A stretch of DNA of 64,000 nucleotides from positions 10,496 through 74,495 of the forward strand of contig NZ_MAAX01000154.1 of the NCBI RefSeq assembly GCF_002162835.1, given 5' to 3'. Position 1 is the stretch's first letter, and each line of letters opens with the position of its first letter. Below are positions 39,050 to 49,744 of the stretch, piece after piece. The stretch is from Nonlabens dokdonensis. Lineage in GTDB: Bacteria > Bacteroidota > Bacteroidia > Flavobacteriales > Flavobacteriaceae. The position numbers and the translations under genes are program-made. Under the pieces are notes generated by a model, which saw nothing but the letters and a program-made list of their open reading frames with translations, was not told the DNA's origin and did no database searches.

Positions 39050-39133
39050 ATCACAAATATAATTGCATATATATTTATTTTAATCATATAGACGCTACTT
39101 TTGGGGTTTCATAACAAGATCTATTTTGAATCT

Positions 39134-39149
39134 CGCTTTCGCGAAAGCG
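39134..39149. repeat. 16-bp palindrome (aroB leader)
   Basis: Exact copy. Confidence 0.97.
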
Positions 39150-39180
39150 GAACAAATATAATTTTTACAGTTACTATTCT

Positions 39181-40245
39181 ATGGACTCCATTATTAATGA
39201 CAATTACACTATACATTTTAATTCTAACGCCTATTCTGAGCTGAATAATTTTATAGCTACTAAAGAACCTAGTTGTATTTTCATATTAGTTGATGAAAAC
39301 ACTATGGAGAATTGTTATCCTTTATTTATGCCTCAATTAAATACTACTGCTCGCATAGAAGTAATTGAAATTGATGCTGGTGAAGAATTTAAAAATATAG
39401 AGACGTGCAGCGGCGTATGGAGCGCAATGGTAGAACTAGGTTGTGATCGCAATAGTTTACTTATAAACTTAGGTGGTGGCGTTATTACTGACCTAGGAGG
39501 TTTTGTGGCATCTACTATTAAAAGAGGTATTGCGTTTATTCATATCCCTACTACAGTTTTAGGTATGGTAGACGCTGCTATAGGAGGTAAAAATGGTGTG
39601 GATTTAGGTCATCTTAAAAATCAAATAGGAGTTATTGCTCCACCACAAATGACTTTAATAGATACAAGATTCCTAAAAACTTTAGACCAAAGACAATTAC
39701 TTAATGGCTCTATTGAAATGTTTAAACACGGATTAATCGCAGATCGTATTTACTGGGATAACATGGTAGAGATTGAGGATAATTATTTTTCAGAATTATT
39801 TGAAAGTCTAATTTATCAAAGCGTGGTTATTAAAAATGATGTGGTGAAAAGCGATCCTTTTGAAAACGGAGCTCGTAAATCTCTTAACTATGGGCATACT
39901 ATAGGACATGCAATTGAATCCTACTGTTTATCAAGTGAAAATCAACCTCGTTTATTACACGGTGAAGCTATAGCTGCAGGTTTGTATCTTGAGTCATATT
40001 TAAGTCATTTACATACTGGCTTAAGCAAGAATGAGTTTCAAGAAATAGAAAGCTGGTATAAAAACTTAAATTTAAAACTTTCTTTTTCTCAGTCAGAAGT
40101 CTCTAAAATGTTAGAATTAATGACACATGACAAGAAAAATGTAAATGGACAGATACGTTTTGTTCTACTACAGTCAATAGGCAATTTTGTTACAGATCAA
40201 GTGGTGCCACAGGAAGATGTAATAGCAGCCTTTAAATTGCTATAA
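39181..40245 (+). CDS. aroB: 3-dehydroquinate synthase
   Basis: LGGGVITDLGGF, PTT.LGMVDAAIGGK, LNYGHTIGHAIE, LLHGEA, DKKN. Confidence 0.97.
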   Translation: MDSIINDNYTIHFNSNAYSELNNFIATKEPSCIFILVDENTMENCYPLFMPQLNTTARIEVIEIDAGEEFKNIETCSGVWSAMVELGCDRNSLLINLGGGVITDLGGFVASTIKRGIAFIHIPTTVLGMVDAAIGGKNGVDLGHLKNQIGVIAPPQMTLIDTRFLKTLDQRQLLNGSIEMFKHGLIADRIYWDNMVEIEDNYFSELFESLIYQSVVIKNDVVKSDPFENGARKSLNYGHTIGHAIESYCLSSENQPRLLHGEAIAAGLYLESYLSHLHTGLSKNEFQEIESWYKNLNLKLSFSQSEVSKMLELMTHDKKNVNGQIRFVLLQSIGNFVTDQVVPQEDVIAAFKLL

Positions 40246-40324
40246 TTTAATAATTATACCCTTTTATTTGTTTTGTAAATTAAAAAAAAGCATCTACTTT
40301 CGGTAGGAATAATACGTGTTTACA

Positions 40325-40633
40325 ATGAGAAATATAATTGTTGATTACAAAAAACTTACGCCAGAAGTTCTGGCTTTATTAGTAGAAAAATATCCTGATG
40401 GATATGGTGATGATGATGTGATATCATTTAAAAACCATAAGTATGAAACTATAGAAGCAGTAGAAGTCATTACTGAAGACACAAAATATTTAGTAAAAAT
40501 TTCTAAACGTCTTTCTATGCAAATGGAATCCTTTGATGAAGATGATTATTCTGAAAAAGAAATGGCAGATCCTGATGCTCTTCCTGAAATAACTGTCGAG
40601 GACATTAAAAAAGCTGAACAGGACGAGGATTAA
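40325..40633 (+). CDS. Conserved hypothetical protein with acidic tail
   Basis: IIVDYKKLT..L..L.EKYPDGY; very D/E-rich C-terminus; ATG 40325. Confidence 0.75.
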   Translation: MRNIIVDYKKLTPEVLALLVEKYPDGYGDDDVISFKNHKYETIEAVEVITEDTKYLVKISKRLSMQMESFDEDDYSEKEMADPDALPEITVEDIKKAEQDED

Positions 40634-40703
40634 AAATACTGACCTTGATGACAATCTTCGATTATTTCATTCAATTTGCGTCTTAGTAAAAGCAACAGTA
40701 CTT

Positions 40704-40934
40704 ATGAAAAAGGCGCCTTATAAGATTTTGGTAATTATCGCTATTATCACAATGCTTATCGCTAGTTTATTCTACTTGAGTGACATTCATTTTCAACTGC
40801 AATATTTTAAATGGAAAAACTTTTTAAGTGAAGTAATCATGATAAGCCTACCTATAATTTTAAGTACTGCTATAACGATTTACATGAGCTACAAAGCTCA
40901 AAAGAATAGGGAGACAAATGATACCTTAGTATAA
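40704..40934 (+). CDS. Small 2-TM hypothetical protein
   Basis: Two hydrophobic segments; ATG start. Confidence 0.5.
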   Translation: MKKAPYKILVIIAIITMLIASLFYLSDIHFQLQYFKWKNFLSEVIMISLPIILSTAITIYMSYKAQKNRETNDTLV

Positions 40935-40976
40935 AAATCAAACATTAGTTTAATTCAAACCGTTTCTAGACAAACA

Positions 40977-41007
40977 AAAAAAGCCACGCAAATTGCGTGG
41001 CTTTTTT
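40977..41007. terminator. Bidirectional terminator
   Basis: AAAAAAGCCACGCA-aat-TGCGTGGCTTTTTT. Confidence 0.88.
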
Positions 41008-41028
41008 ACTATAAATAGTGTTATCTAA

Positions 41029-42225
41029 TTATTTATTCAATACTGCTTGAACTTTGTCAGCCGCTTCTTGAAATTCTACAGCACTTTGAACATCTAGTCC
41101 TGAGCTGTCGATTAATTCTTTTGCGATTTCGGCATTTGTACCTTGTAATCTTACGATAATAGGCACTTTGATTGCATCACCCATATTTTTATAAGCATCT
41201 ACAATACCTTGTGCAACACGGTCACACCTTACGATACCACCAAAAATGTTTACAAGAATTGCCTCTACTTTATCATCTTTAAGAATGATACGGAACGCTT
41301 CTTCTACTCTCTTAGCATCTGCAGTACCACCTACATCTAAGAAGTTTGCTGGATCACCACCAGCTTGTTTAATAAGGTCCATTGTTGCCATAGCAAGTCC
41401 TGCTCCATTTACCATACAACCTACGTTACCATCTAGATCTACATAGTTCAAGCCTACCGCTTTTGCCTCTACTTCAGTAGGGTTTTCTTCACGAGTGTCT
41501 CTTAACTCAGCAAGATCTTTGTGGCGGAATAATGCATTCTCATCTAGAGTGATCTTACAATCTACTGCTATAATAGTATTATTAGACGCTTTTAAAACTG
41601 GGTTGATTTCAAATAACGCGCTATCAGATCCTACGTATGCATTGTATAGAGAGTTAACAAATTTAGTCATCTCTTTAAATGCTTTACCGCTTAAACCTAA
41701 GTTAAAAGCAATGCGTCTTGCTTGAAAACCTTGTAATCCATGAGCTGGATCAATAGTTTCAGTAAAAATTAAATGTGGCGTTTCTTCTGCAACAGTTTCA
41801 ATATCCATTCCACCTTCAGTAGAATACATAATCATGTTTTTACCTTGAGCACGGTCTAGGAGAACAGACATGTAAAATTCTTCTATTTCTGCCTCTCCAG
41901 GCTCATAAACATCCTCTGCTACAAGTACTTGATGTACTCTCTTACCTTCGGCACTAGTTTGTGGCGTTACAAGATCCATTCCTATAATCTCACCAGAGAT
42001 TTCTTTTACTTGATCAAGGTTTTTTGCTAGTTTAACTCCACCGCCTTTACCACGTCCACCTGCATGAACTTGTGCTTTAATAACGTGCCATCCTGTACCG
42101 GTTTCCTCAGTTAGTGCTTTTGCTGCGGCAACTGCCTCGTCTGATGTGGTTGCGACTTTACCTCTTTGTATGGTTACTCCATAACTAGCGAGAATTTCTT
42201 TACCTTGATATTCGTGAAGATTCAT
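41029..42225 (-). CDS. sucC: Succinyl-CoA synthetase beta subunit
   Basis: MNLHEYQGK, KAQVHAGGRGKGGGVK, GCMVNGAGLAM, NFLDVGG. Confidence 0.98.
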   Translation of the reverse strand: MNLHEYQGKEILASYGVTIQRGKVATTSDEAVAAAKALTEETGTGWHVIKAQVHAGGRGKGGGVKLAKNLDQVKEISGEIIGMDLVTPQTSAEGKRVHQVLVAEDVYEPGEAEIEEFYMSVLLDRAQGKNMIMYSTEGGMDIETVAEETPHLIFTETIDPAHGLQGFQARRIAFNLGLSGKAFKEMTKFVNSLYNAYVGSDSALFEINPVLKASNNTIIAVDCKITLDENALFRHKDLAELRDTREENPTEVEAKAVGLNYVDLDGNVGCMVNGAGLAMATMDLIKQAGGDPANFLDVGGTADAKRVEEAFRIILKDDKVEAILVNIFGGIVRCDRVAQGIVDAYKNMGDAIKVPIIVRLQGTNAEIAKELIDSSGLDVQSAVEFQEAADKVQAVLNK

Positions 42226-42400
42226 AAATGTTCTTTAAAGTTCAATTTAAGTAGAGCAAAAATAAGCAAGTGAGTCATTAAAGAAAAAGAATTCTTTCTA
42301 AAAGAATGTTTAAATCGAGATATAAAATAATCGATTTCATTATTTCTATTTCTATTGAAAAACTTTAAGATTTTATTCACTTTTATTTTTCACACTCTAG

Positions 42401-42408
42401 TACTTTTG
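42401..42408 (+). promoter_or_regulatory. -7 promoter box for lysA
   Basis: TACTTTTG 18 nt before ATG. Confidence 0.6.
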
Positions 42409-42426
42409 TAGGCTTAAGTTTTTAAC

Positions 42427-43650
42427 ATGAATAATCAAGATTTATTAAGCATAGCTCGAGAACACGGTAGTCCGGTCTATGTCTATGATGCAAATGTCAT
42501 TGTAGCGCAGTATGAACGTTTAGTTTCCGCTTTCGCGAAAGCGAAAAACCTAAGAATACACTATGCTGTAAAAGCACTGTCTAACATCTCCATCTTGAAA
42601 CTTTTTAAACAGTTAGGCGCTGGACTCGATACCGTGAGTCTACAAGAGGTAGAATTAGGCCTAGCCGCTGGTGTAGATCCTAAAAAAATAATTTTTACAC
42701 CTAATGGAGTATCTCTTGAAGAGATTGAAAAGGTGGCAGAAAAAGGAGTGCAAATAAATATTGATAATCTATCCATCCTAGAACAATTCGGCTCTAAACA
42801 TCCTAGAACGCCAGTTTGTATTAGAATCAATCCTCATGTAATGGCTGGTGGTAATGCAAATATTTCTGTAGGACATATAGATAGTAAATTTGGTATTTCA
42901 ATTCACCAGATACCTCATATTTTAAGAATTGTAGAGAATACAGGTATGACGGTAAACGGTGTGCATATGCATACTGGTAGTGATATCTTAGATATAGGTG
43001 TGTTTTTATATGCTACAGAAATTCTTTTTGAAACTGCGGCTAAGTTTAAAGATCTAGAGTTTATAGACTTCGGTAGTGGATTTAAAGTACCTTATAAAGA
43101 AGGTGATGTTTCTACAGACATAGAAGATCTAGGCGAGCAGCTAAGCGAGCGCTTTAATGCTTTTTGTAAAAGTTATGGTCGTGATATAACTATGGCGTTT
43201 GAACCTGGTAAATTTCTTGTAAGTGAAGCTGGTCATTTTCTAGCACAAGTAAATGTTGTGAAACAAACTACATCTACCGTGTTTGCAGGAGTTGATTCTG
43301 GTTTTAATCATTTAATTAGACCTATGCTCTATGGCTCTTATCATGGGATTAAGAATATTTCAAATCCAGGAGGTAAAAATAGATTTTATAGTGTGGTAGG
43401 ATATATTTGTGAAACAGATACTTTTGCAAACAACCGTCAGATCTCAGAAATTACAGAAGGCGACATACTTTCATTTTCAAATGCTGGTGCCTACTGTTTT
43501 TCTATGGCGAGCAATTATAATTCCCGATATCGTCCTGCAGAGGTGCTATGGTATGATGGAGCGGCTCACCTTATAAGAGAGCGAGAAACTATGAAGGATA
43601 TTTTAAAAGGTCAACATCAACTAAACTTTGAAGAGCTAGTTATTTCTTAA
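42427..43650 (+). CDS. lysA: Diaminopimelate decarboxylase
   Basis: YAVKAL (PLP Lys), SKFGI, HMHTGS, EPGKFLV, GYICETD, SNYNSR. Confidence 0.96.
   Translation: MNNQDLLSIAREHGSPVYVYDANVIVAQYERLVSAFAKAKNLRIHYAVKALSNISILKLFKQLGAGLDTVSLQEVELGLAAGVDPKKIIFTPNGVSLEEIEKVAEKGVQINIDNLSILEQFGSKHPRTPVCIRINPHVMAGGNANISVGHIDSKFGISIHQIPHILRIVENTGMTVNGVHMHTGSDILDIGVFLYATEILFETAAKFKDLEFIDFGSGFKVPYKEGDVSTDIEDLGEQLSERFNAFCKSYGRDITMAFEPGKFLVSEAGHFLAQVNVVKQTTSTVFAGVDSGFNHLIRPMLYGSYHGIKNISNPGGKNRFYSVVGYICETDTFANNRQISEITEGDILSFSNAGAYCFSMASNYNSRYRPAEVLWYDGAAHLIRERETMKDILKGQHQLNFEELVIS
42528..42543. repeat. 16-bp palindrome (in lysA, AFAKA)
   Basis: Exact copy. Confidence 0.97.
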
Positions 43651-43674
43651 TTAGTATCTATTTCTATTATAATC

Positions 43675-43702
43675 AAGCTCAACTAAAACGTTGGGCTTTT
43701 TT
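43675..43702 (+). terminator. Terminator after lysA
   Basis: AAGCTCAAC/GTTGGGCTT stem plus T-run. Confidence 0.7.
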
Positions 43703-43791
43703 ATTTTTCTATGGTCCTGCTTACTTCAAGTTTTCATGGTCTACCCATTGAAATAAATTACTTTTGTTTCTTAATCAATAATAAATAATTA

Positions 43792-44676
43792 ATGGCTTCA
43801 GGATTTTTTGCTTTACTAGATGATATAGGTGTTCTCATGGATGACGTAGCCTCGATGAGTAAAATTGCTACTAAAAAAACTGCTGGTATTCTAGGAGATG
43901 ATCTAGCTGTAAATGCTGAAAAAGCCTCTGGTTTTGTTTCTTCGAGAGAAATTCCTGTTCTATGGGCAATTACTAAAGGATCATTTTTAAACAAATTAAT
44001 TATTTTACCTGTCGCTTTCTTGCTGAGTGCATTTGTCCCTATAGTGGTAACAATTATTTTGCTATTAGGTGCTATCTACCTGGCTTTTGAAGGAGCCGAA
44101 AAAATTTATGAATGGATCATCCCGCATGAAAAATCTGAAACAGCTATTGCTGCTCCAGAAATGACAGAAAAAGAAATTCTTGAACTAGAAAAGGATAAAA
44201 TAAAGAGCGCCATCGTGACTGATTTCATACTGTCAGTTGAAATAGTAATCATCGCCTTAAGCACTGTAACTGAAGAACCTATACTAAATCAAATTTTAGT
44301 GGTTTCTGTGGTTGCCATAATTGCTACTATAGGAGTTTATGGAATAGTTGCTGGAATAGTAAGAATGGACGATCTAGGAATACGGTTAATAAGATTAAGT
44401 AACGGTAAAAAAGGTTTTTCAAAAATTATTGGAACCTTTCTAGTAAATGCGTTACCATGGATCATCAAGAGTCTTTCGGTAATAGGTACTATCGCCTTAT
44501 TACTAGTCGCTGGTGGCATCTTTTTACATAACATACATATGATCGAAGAATTATTGCATGGCCTTCCATCTATAGTCGCAGAGTTCTTGACTGGACTAGT
44601 TGTAGGAATTATTTCTCTAGGAGTTTTTAAACTTTTTAAAGCTATATTCTTGAGAGGTAGAGCAGCAAGTCATTAA
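43792..44676 (+). CDS. DUF808 family inner-membrane protein
   Basis: GFFALLDDI, AGILGDDLAVNA, TDFILSVEI, GIVRMDD. Confidence 0.92.
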   Translation: MASGFFALLDDIGVLMDDVASMSKIATKKTAGILGDDLAVNAEKASGFVSSREIPVLWAITKGSFLNKLIILPVAFLLSAFVPIVVTIILLLGAIYLAFEGAEKIYEWIIPHEKSETAIAAPEMTEKEILELEKDKIKSAIVTDFILSVEIVIIALSTVTEEPILNQILVVSVVAIIATIGVYGIVAGIVRMDDLGIRLIRLSNGKKGFSKIIGTFLVNALPWIIKSLSVIGTIALLLVAGGIFLHNIHMIEELLHGLPSIVAEFLTGLVVGIISLGVFKLFKAIFLRGRAASH

Positions 44677-44718
44677 AATTTTAGCTATCTATTTATTTAA
44701 GGATGTCGGTTATGATCT

Positions 44719-44734
44719 CGCTTTCGCGAAAGCG
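44719..44734. repeat. 16-bp palindrome (intergenic)
   Basis: Exact copy. Confidence 0.97.
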
Positions 44735-44890
44735 GAACTACTATAGAGCATTTAACAGATGAACTAATGTCTGTACGGACCAACTTACCTTTAATCAAAT
44801 AGGAGCTTTAATCTAGCCCGTACTAAAATACTTTTCTTAAGAAGCTTAACGTATCATATAGTAAGTGCACACCTAAAGGTAAGAAAAAAG

Positions 44891-44921
44891 AAAGCCTGCT
44901 TTAAATAGCAGGCTTTTTTTT
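44891..44921. terminator. Terminator between convergent genes
   Basis: AAAGCCTGCT/AGCAGGCTTT plus T-run. Confidence 0.8.
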
Positions 44922-44944
44922 GTTAAGATAAAAAGTGATTACTA

Positions 44945-47900
44945 TTACTCAATAATAACTTTTCTAGTTATCACACCGAGATTAGAATTCAACTTTACAA
45001 TGTAATTACCACTTGCGATCTGTGATATATTTACGTTGATAATAGTGTCGTGATTAGCAACATCATAAGTTTTTACTTGCTGTCCTAACATATTGATGAG
45101 AGTTAAGTCTTCTAACAAAATGGTGTTTGATGTTTTTACATGAAGTTCTTTTAAACCTCTAGGCGTGTAAAATATAAGATCACTATCACTTACTTGAGTC
45201 GTTTCTGTACTCAATGTACCTTGTTGAGAGAATGTTATATAGAAACGATCATTATAATTCCCAGCGCTAAGCATAGGACTTGTATAAGTCGTGTCCTTGA
45301 TATTAACATAGGTATTTAATAAGGCATCTTTTACAAATATATCTTGATCTACAGGAACATTCTTTAACTCGTCTATCACGATATTAAATGTGCTGTTATT
45401 ATTTAATTTAATAAATAACGGTAGCTCTGTTTGATCTCCTATAGCTGGAACTCCTTGAATAGTCAGTTTTTCGTTAGCTGTTTTCCATGCCATATCATCA
45501 ATTTGCTCATCAAGTAGTTTACCGTCAAAACCTCTATCTATTCCAAAAGTTGCATTATTATCCACGGTTACTAACAACTGTCTATGTATTAAGTTTGAAG
45601 AGTCAAAACCTAATCTAATTTTCATACGTGGATCGCTAGGTGTATTTATATCACCAGCCGCTGCAACAGGAGTAGCTCCAGGAGCTGAAACAAAGAGACT
45701 CTGTCCACTAGATTCTTTTACAAACTGTCTTTGATCATTTCTAAAACGTATCTGACCATTATCATTAATTCCTGTCACAAAGAAACCTTGACCTACAGGA
45801 ATGTATTGCTCTGGTCTCTTAGTAGGAATTCCTCCTTGGTTAACGTCTGGATTAGAAGTTCCAATTGTAGCATTACCTACTCCGCCAGAAAAATTATAAG
45901 TAGCATATCCACCTTGATAGTTTGCAAGAATATGCGTGTTTCCACCCCAATGTTCCCAGAAATATACAGTACCATCAGTATCTGGATTATCGCTGATAAA
46001 CTCGTGAGCATCTAATGCACTAGGATACGGATTACCTACTAAATAATCGTTACCACTGTCTATATCTAAATTGATATTACCATTATTAGGTTTACCAACG
46101 AAAACATAGTTTTGAATGGTACCAGTTGCTCCTGTTCCTTTCATAGTCCATCCTTCTCCAGAAACCTGATTACCATTAGGCCCAGCATATTCCCAGTTTG
46201 CATAGGTATTACTAGTAGTATTACCATATTTAAATAACCATCTTCCAGAGATAGTAGCTGCGGTAGTAGCGTCTCCAGGCGCTCCATCACGAACATTTCG
46301 AGATGTAAAATTCAAATCTCTAGGATTATTTACCAAAGTACCATCCTTTAACACCTCAGCAATAGAGAATCCATTGTTGTTAGAATTATTACTAATTCTA
46401 CTTACAGGTGAACTCCAGTAGTTATAATCATATTTGTTTGAAGTTCCTTGTTGATCGATCTCAATTTTACCAGTAGTTGAAGAAACTAAATCACTATTAT
46501 TATGTTGAATAAGCTGAGACTCTCCAACTAAATCAATTATTCCGTCTAGTTTGAGCTGGTGAGTAAGTGTTAAACCTCTATCGTTTTCTACCAGAAGTTT
46601 TCCAGGGTTACCGACCTCTAAACTTAGAAGCGTATAATTTCTATTATTTGCAACAATCTCGTGATTAACCACCGCAATATTCCAATTTATTGCTCGATTC
46701 CTACCATTTATTAATCTAGGAGTACCAGGCATGAATAAAGAATTTCCATTTTGCCATGCTGCAGGAGAATTCCAGTTTGCGTCACTTTCAGATATATAAG
46801 GCAATGGTGCTGTTTGCTCATTAATATTGAAAACATCTGGTTGTATTAAACTACCTCTGTGTTTGTTTCCAGAAGCGTCATTTAAATGAGTACCTATGTA
46901 TGTATTCATATTAAAATAAGCTTCTAGAGAATCCCAGTTAAGACCAGAAATATCATTTCTTGTAATAGTATTAGGTATAATAGCTCCCTTAATTCCATTA
47001 CCGTCTTTTTCAATTTCTTGATTCATCATGAATCTAATTTGACGCTGAGTAATTGCTTGATTGAAAATTCTTATTTCATCCAGACTTCCTGAAAAGTTAT
47101 CTAGAATATTATTTTTATCTACATATCTAGAACCAATACAAAACTTAGAAGTATTTAATAATGGCGCATCTATATTTACTCTTCTATCTCTATGTCCGTC
47201 AATGTATAAACTAGCCTGTCCTGAACTATAGACAATTGTTAAATAATACCATACATCATTATTTAAAGCTGTGTTACTAGTAATTGTAGAATTACCATTA
47301 TGTGTCATTTCTACACGATTATCGTCTCTTAAATAAAAATGATAACCATCAACACCAGAAGCACGTTTAGACACAATGGTTTTATTTGATGTAGAAGTAT
47401 TTGAACCGTCAGTCTTTACCCATGCAGATATGGTATAATCACCAGATAATTCCAGCTCGTCACCCATTGCTACATAATCATTAGTACCATCAAAAAGAAT
47501 ATCTTTTGATGCGATTACCTCGTGAGCTACTCCAAATTTCACGTAACGAGTACCATCAAAGTCGTAATATGTAGTTTGATTAGTTCCTTCTGTTTCTAGA
47601 AAAACTGTTTCTACGTTTGTAGTAAAAGAATCATCATCTGCAAGTATCATAACATATGCATCGTTACCAACTAATGGTGGTAATGAAGCAAGACCTGTAG
47701 TAGATACCGATAATTTTACTTGTGGTATATCATTACCTACTTGAGAAATTTCTTTAAACTTCCAGGTACGTTCTGTGACATCTGTAAACGTAGTAACTAA
47801 ACTAGGTCCTAATGTAACCTCTAGTGGATCTGGTAATGCCGTAAGAGTTGAACGTGTGCTTCCCCACATTAGGAAGTCGCCACTTGATTCAAATGTACTT

Positions 47901-49609
47901 GGGTTAGCACTATTTGTATCATATATATCTCCTAAACCGATAGTAATAAAAGTAAATGGATCTACACTTTTTGCCTGTTTTTGATTTAACAAAGAACAAT
48001 CATCATAACCTATTCCTGCAACATTGTAAGTATAGCCATTATCAGTTACAGCATTCCATAGTGGATTACCATCTGAATCAAAGTAAGAACCTGGAACATG
48101 AGGAAGACCAATTTGAGGAACAGCAAATAGCCCTAATGTGATTCCATATTTTACAGCTAAGTAAGATTCCAATCGCTGTCTGTCGATATCTGGCTTACGC
48201 TCTGAAAAAGACATAATTTCTAAAATATCTCCTGTAAAACTAGGACCAAAAAATTCTGATCTACCTAACCAGTATCTAGAATTAAGAATATCTTTAAAAG
48301 TATTAGCATTCTCTTCTCTCATAAGTGCTGGGTCTAATGTAAGACCTAAGTCTACACCATCCAGATATAAATCCATTCCATCACCAGCAGCATTAAGTCG
48401 CGCATTAAAAATAACTGGTCTATCATATACTAATGTTGGATGTACAATAGCACGACCATAAGTACCACTAGAGCCTTGATTATAAGCGGCGATATCCGGA
48501 TATGGACCGTATCTTGCGGATGTGTCATTTATAGAAATCCCTGTAACGTCTTCAGTACCTATTCCATCAAGATAATCATCACCTAAAAAAACGTCTTCTG
48601 TAGGTCTTGCGGCAGATATTGTAGCTGTAGGATTTATTACTATATAAATGTCTCTATTATAAAAACCTGACTTACCAAACATTTCATTGGTACCATCAAA
48701 AGACACTACAGGATTGAAGTTGGTGTTTTTCGTAGGGTTATCATAATAGGTAGGACGTAAATTTCCGCTTGAAGTTGCGCTGGTCCACTCGGCACTAATA
48801 TTAGACAATGGATTTAAAGAAGAAATATTAGTCCATTGACTCACACGATCACCATCAGATAGACCTGCAAGTGTTCTCGTATTCAACCATAGTTCAAGAT
48901 TTTGCCCTATTCCCAGCCCACAATCAGAATAATTTTTAGTTAATTTATTATATCCGATGATTTTAAAATTGTCAAAAGCAAATCCATTAGCAGCATGACT
49001 ATTTCCATCACTTTGAAATATGAATCCAAAAACAATACCAGATTTATCATCAAAACCTTGTGAAGGTAAATCAATAGAAGCTGTCACCCATCCACCAGTA
49101 TCCGTTCCCCATCCACCTAAACCGTCGATAGATGTCAAAGCGCTAATATTTCTAGTTGTATACCAGTTGATTGCTTCATCATTTTCTTTCCCAAGAGTTT
49201 GAAAAGTATTACCATTATCCGTACTGTAAATAACTTTCACTCCATCTACATTAGTTCTCGCAACATCTAAATACATTTCAAAAGACAGATTTAACTTATC
49301 GTAACCAGTAAGATTAATTGTAGGTGAAAGCGTATAAGCAAACTCATTAGGTTGATACGTATAATTTCTTCGGTTACGATAGTTGCGTTGAAGATATTTG
49401 TAACTCCCCAATCTAGTAAATCCGAGGGCGTCATTTCCTCGGACCCAATTACCATTTGCTACGTCTGTCCAGGCATTATCTCCTGTACCATTGTTAAAAT
49501 TTGCATTAAAAATTGTGACTTGCCCAATCGATAATTGTAGGACAAAAAAGAAAAATGTTAGGACTGAGATCCTGTGGTTTAAGTATACTGTTTTATTCAT
49601 GTTTTCCAC
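44945..49609 (-). CDS. Large T9SS type A cargo (LamG-like jellyroll, adhesin-like), 1554 aa
   Basis: Signal-like N-terminus; FDGTNDYV...YTISAWVK...GSLDEIRIFN LamG; YNYWSSPV; GNPYPSALD; C-terminal GNYIVKL...RKVIIE; start may be ATG 49600. Confidence 0.88.
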   Translation of the reverse strand: MENMNKTVYLNHRISVLTFFFFVLQLSIGQVTIFNANFNNGTGDNAWTDVANGNWVRGNDALGFTRLGSYKYLQRNYRNRRNYTYQPNEFAYTLSPTINLTGYDKLNLSFEMYLDVARTNVDGVKVIYSTDNGNTFQTLGKENDEAINWYTTRNISALTSIDGLGGWGTDTGGWVTASIDLPSQGFDDKSGIVFGFIFQSDGNSHAANGFAFDNFKIIGYNKLTKNYSDCGLGIGQNLELWLNTRTLAGLSDGDRVSQWTNISSLNPLSNISAEWTSATSSGNLRPTYYDNPTKNTNFNPVVSFDGTNEMFGKSGFYNRDIYIVINPTATISAARPTEDVFLGDDYLDGIGTEDVTGISINDTSARYGPYPDIAAYNQGSSGTYGRAIVHPTLVYDRPVIFNARLNAAGDGMDLYLDGVDLGLTLDPALMREENANTFKDILNSRYWLGRSEFFGPSFTGDILEIMSFSERKPDIDRQRLESYLAVKYGITLGLFAVPQIGLPHVPGSYFDSDGNPLWNAVTDNGYTYNVAGIGYDDCSLLNQKQAKSVDPFTFITIGLGDIYDTNSANPSTFESSGDFLMWGSTRSTLTALPDPLEVTLGPSLVTTFTDVTERTWKFKEISQVGNDIPQVKLSVSTTGLASLPPLVGNDAYVMILADDDSFTTNVETVFLETEGTNQTTYYDFDGTRYVKFGVAHEVIASKDILFDGTNDYVAMGDELELSGDYTISAWVKTDGSNTSTSNKTIVSKRASGVDGYHFYLRDDNRVEMTHNGNSTITSNTALNNDVWYYLTIVYSSGQASLYIDGHRDRRVNIDAPLLNTSKFCIGSRYVDKNNILDNFSGSLDEIRIFNQAITQRQIRFMMNQEIEKDGNGIKGAIIPNTITRNDISGLNWDSLEAYFNMNTYIGTHLNDASGNKHRGSLIQPDVFNINEQTAPLPYISESDANWNSPAAWQNGNSLFMPGTPRLINGRNRAINWNIAVVNHEIVANNRNYTLLSLEVGNPGKLLVENDRGLTLTHQLKLDGIIDLVGESQLIQHNNSDLVSSTTGKIEIDQQGTSNKYDYNYWSSPVSRISNNSNNNGFSIAEVLKDGTLVNNPRDLNFTSRNVRDGAPGDATTAATISGRWLFKYGNTTSNTYANWEYAGPNGNQVSGEGWTMKGTGATGTIQNYVFVGKPNNGNINLDIDSGNDYLVGNPYPSALDAHEFISDNPDTDGTVYFWEHWGGNTHILANYQGGYATYNFSGGVGNATIGTSNPDVNQGGIPTKRPEQYIPVGQGFFVTGINDNGQIRFRNDQRQFVKESSGQSLFVSAPGATPVAAAGDINTPSDPRMKIRLGFDSSNLIHRQLLVTVDNNATFGIDRGFDGKLLDEQIDDMAWKTANEKLTIQGVPAIGDQTELPLFIKLNNNSTFNIVIDELKNVPVDQDIFVKDALLNTYVNIKDTTYTSPMLSAGNYNDRFYITFSQQGTLSTETTQVSDSDLIFYTPRGLKELHVKTSNTILLEDLTLINMLGQQVKTYDVANHDTIINVNISQIASGNYIVKLNSNLGVITRKVIIE

Positions 49610-49744
49610 TCTTTAAGTGATTCTCACAAGAATATGTCGCAACACTAGGTAACACAAGAAAAGTATTATGCAGTGAATACAATTATTATGCATGCATAAC
49701 ATAATTATCTAGTTATCAGATACGAAAGAAAATAATGCTAAACA

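Noticed and set aside
26035-42225. Split sucC and sucD
   Set aside because: As far as I know, separation of the two subunits is usual in Flavobacteriaceae.
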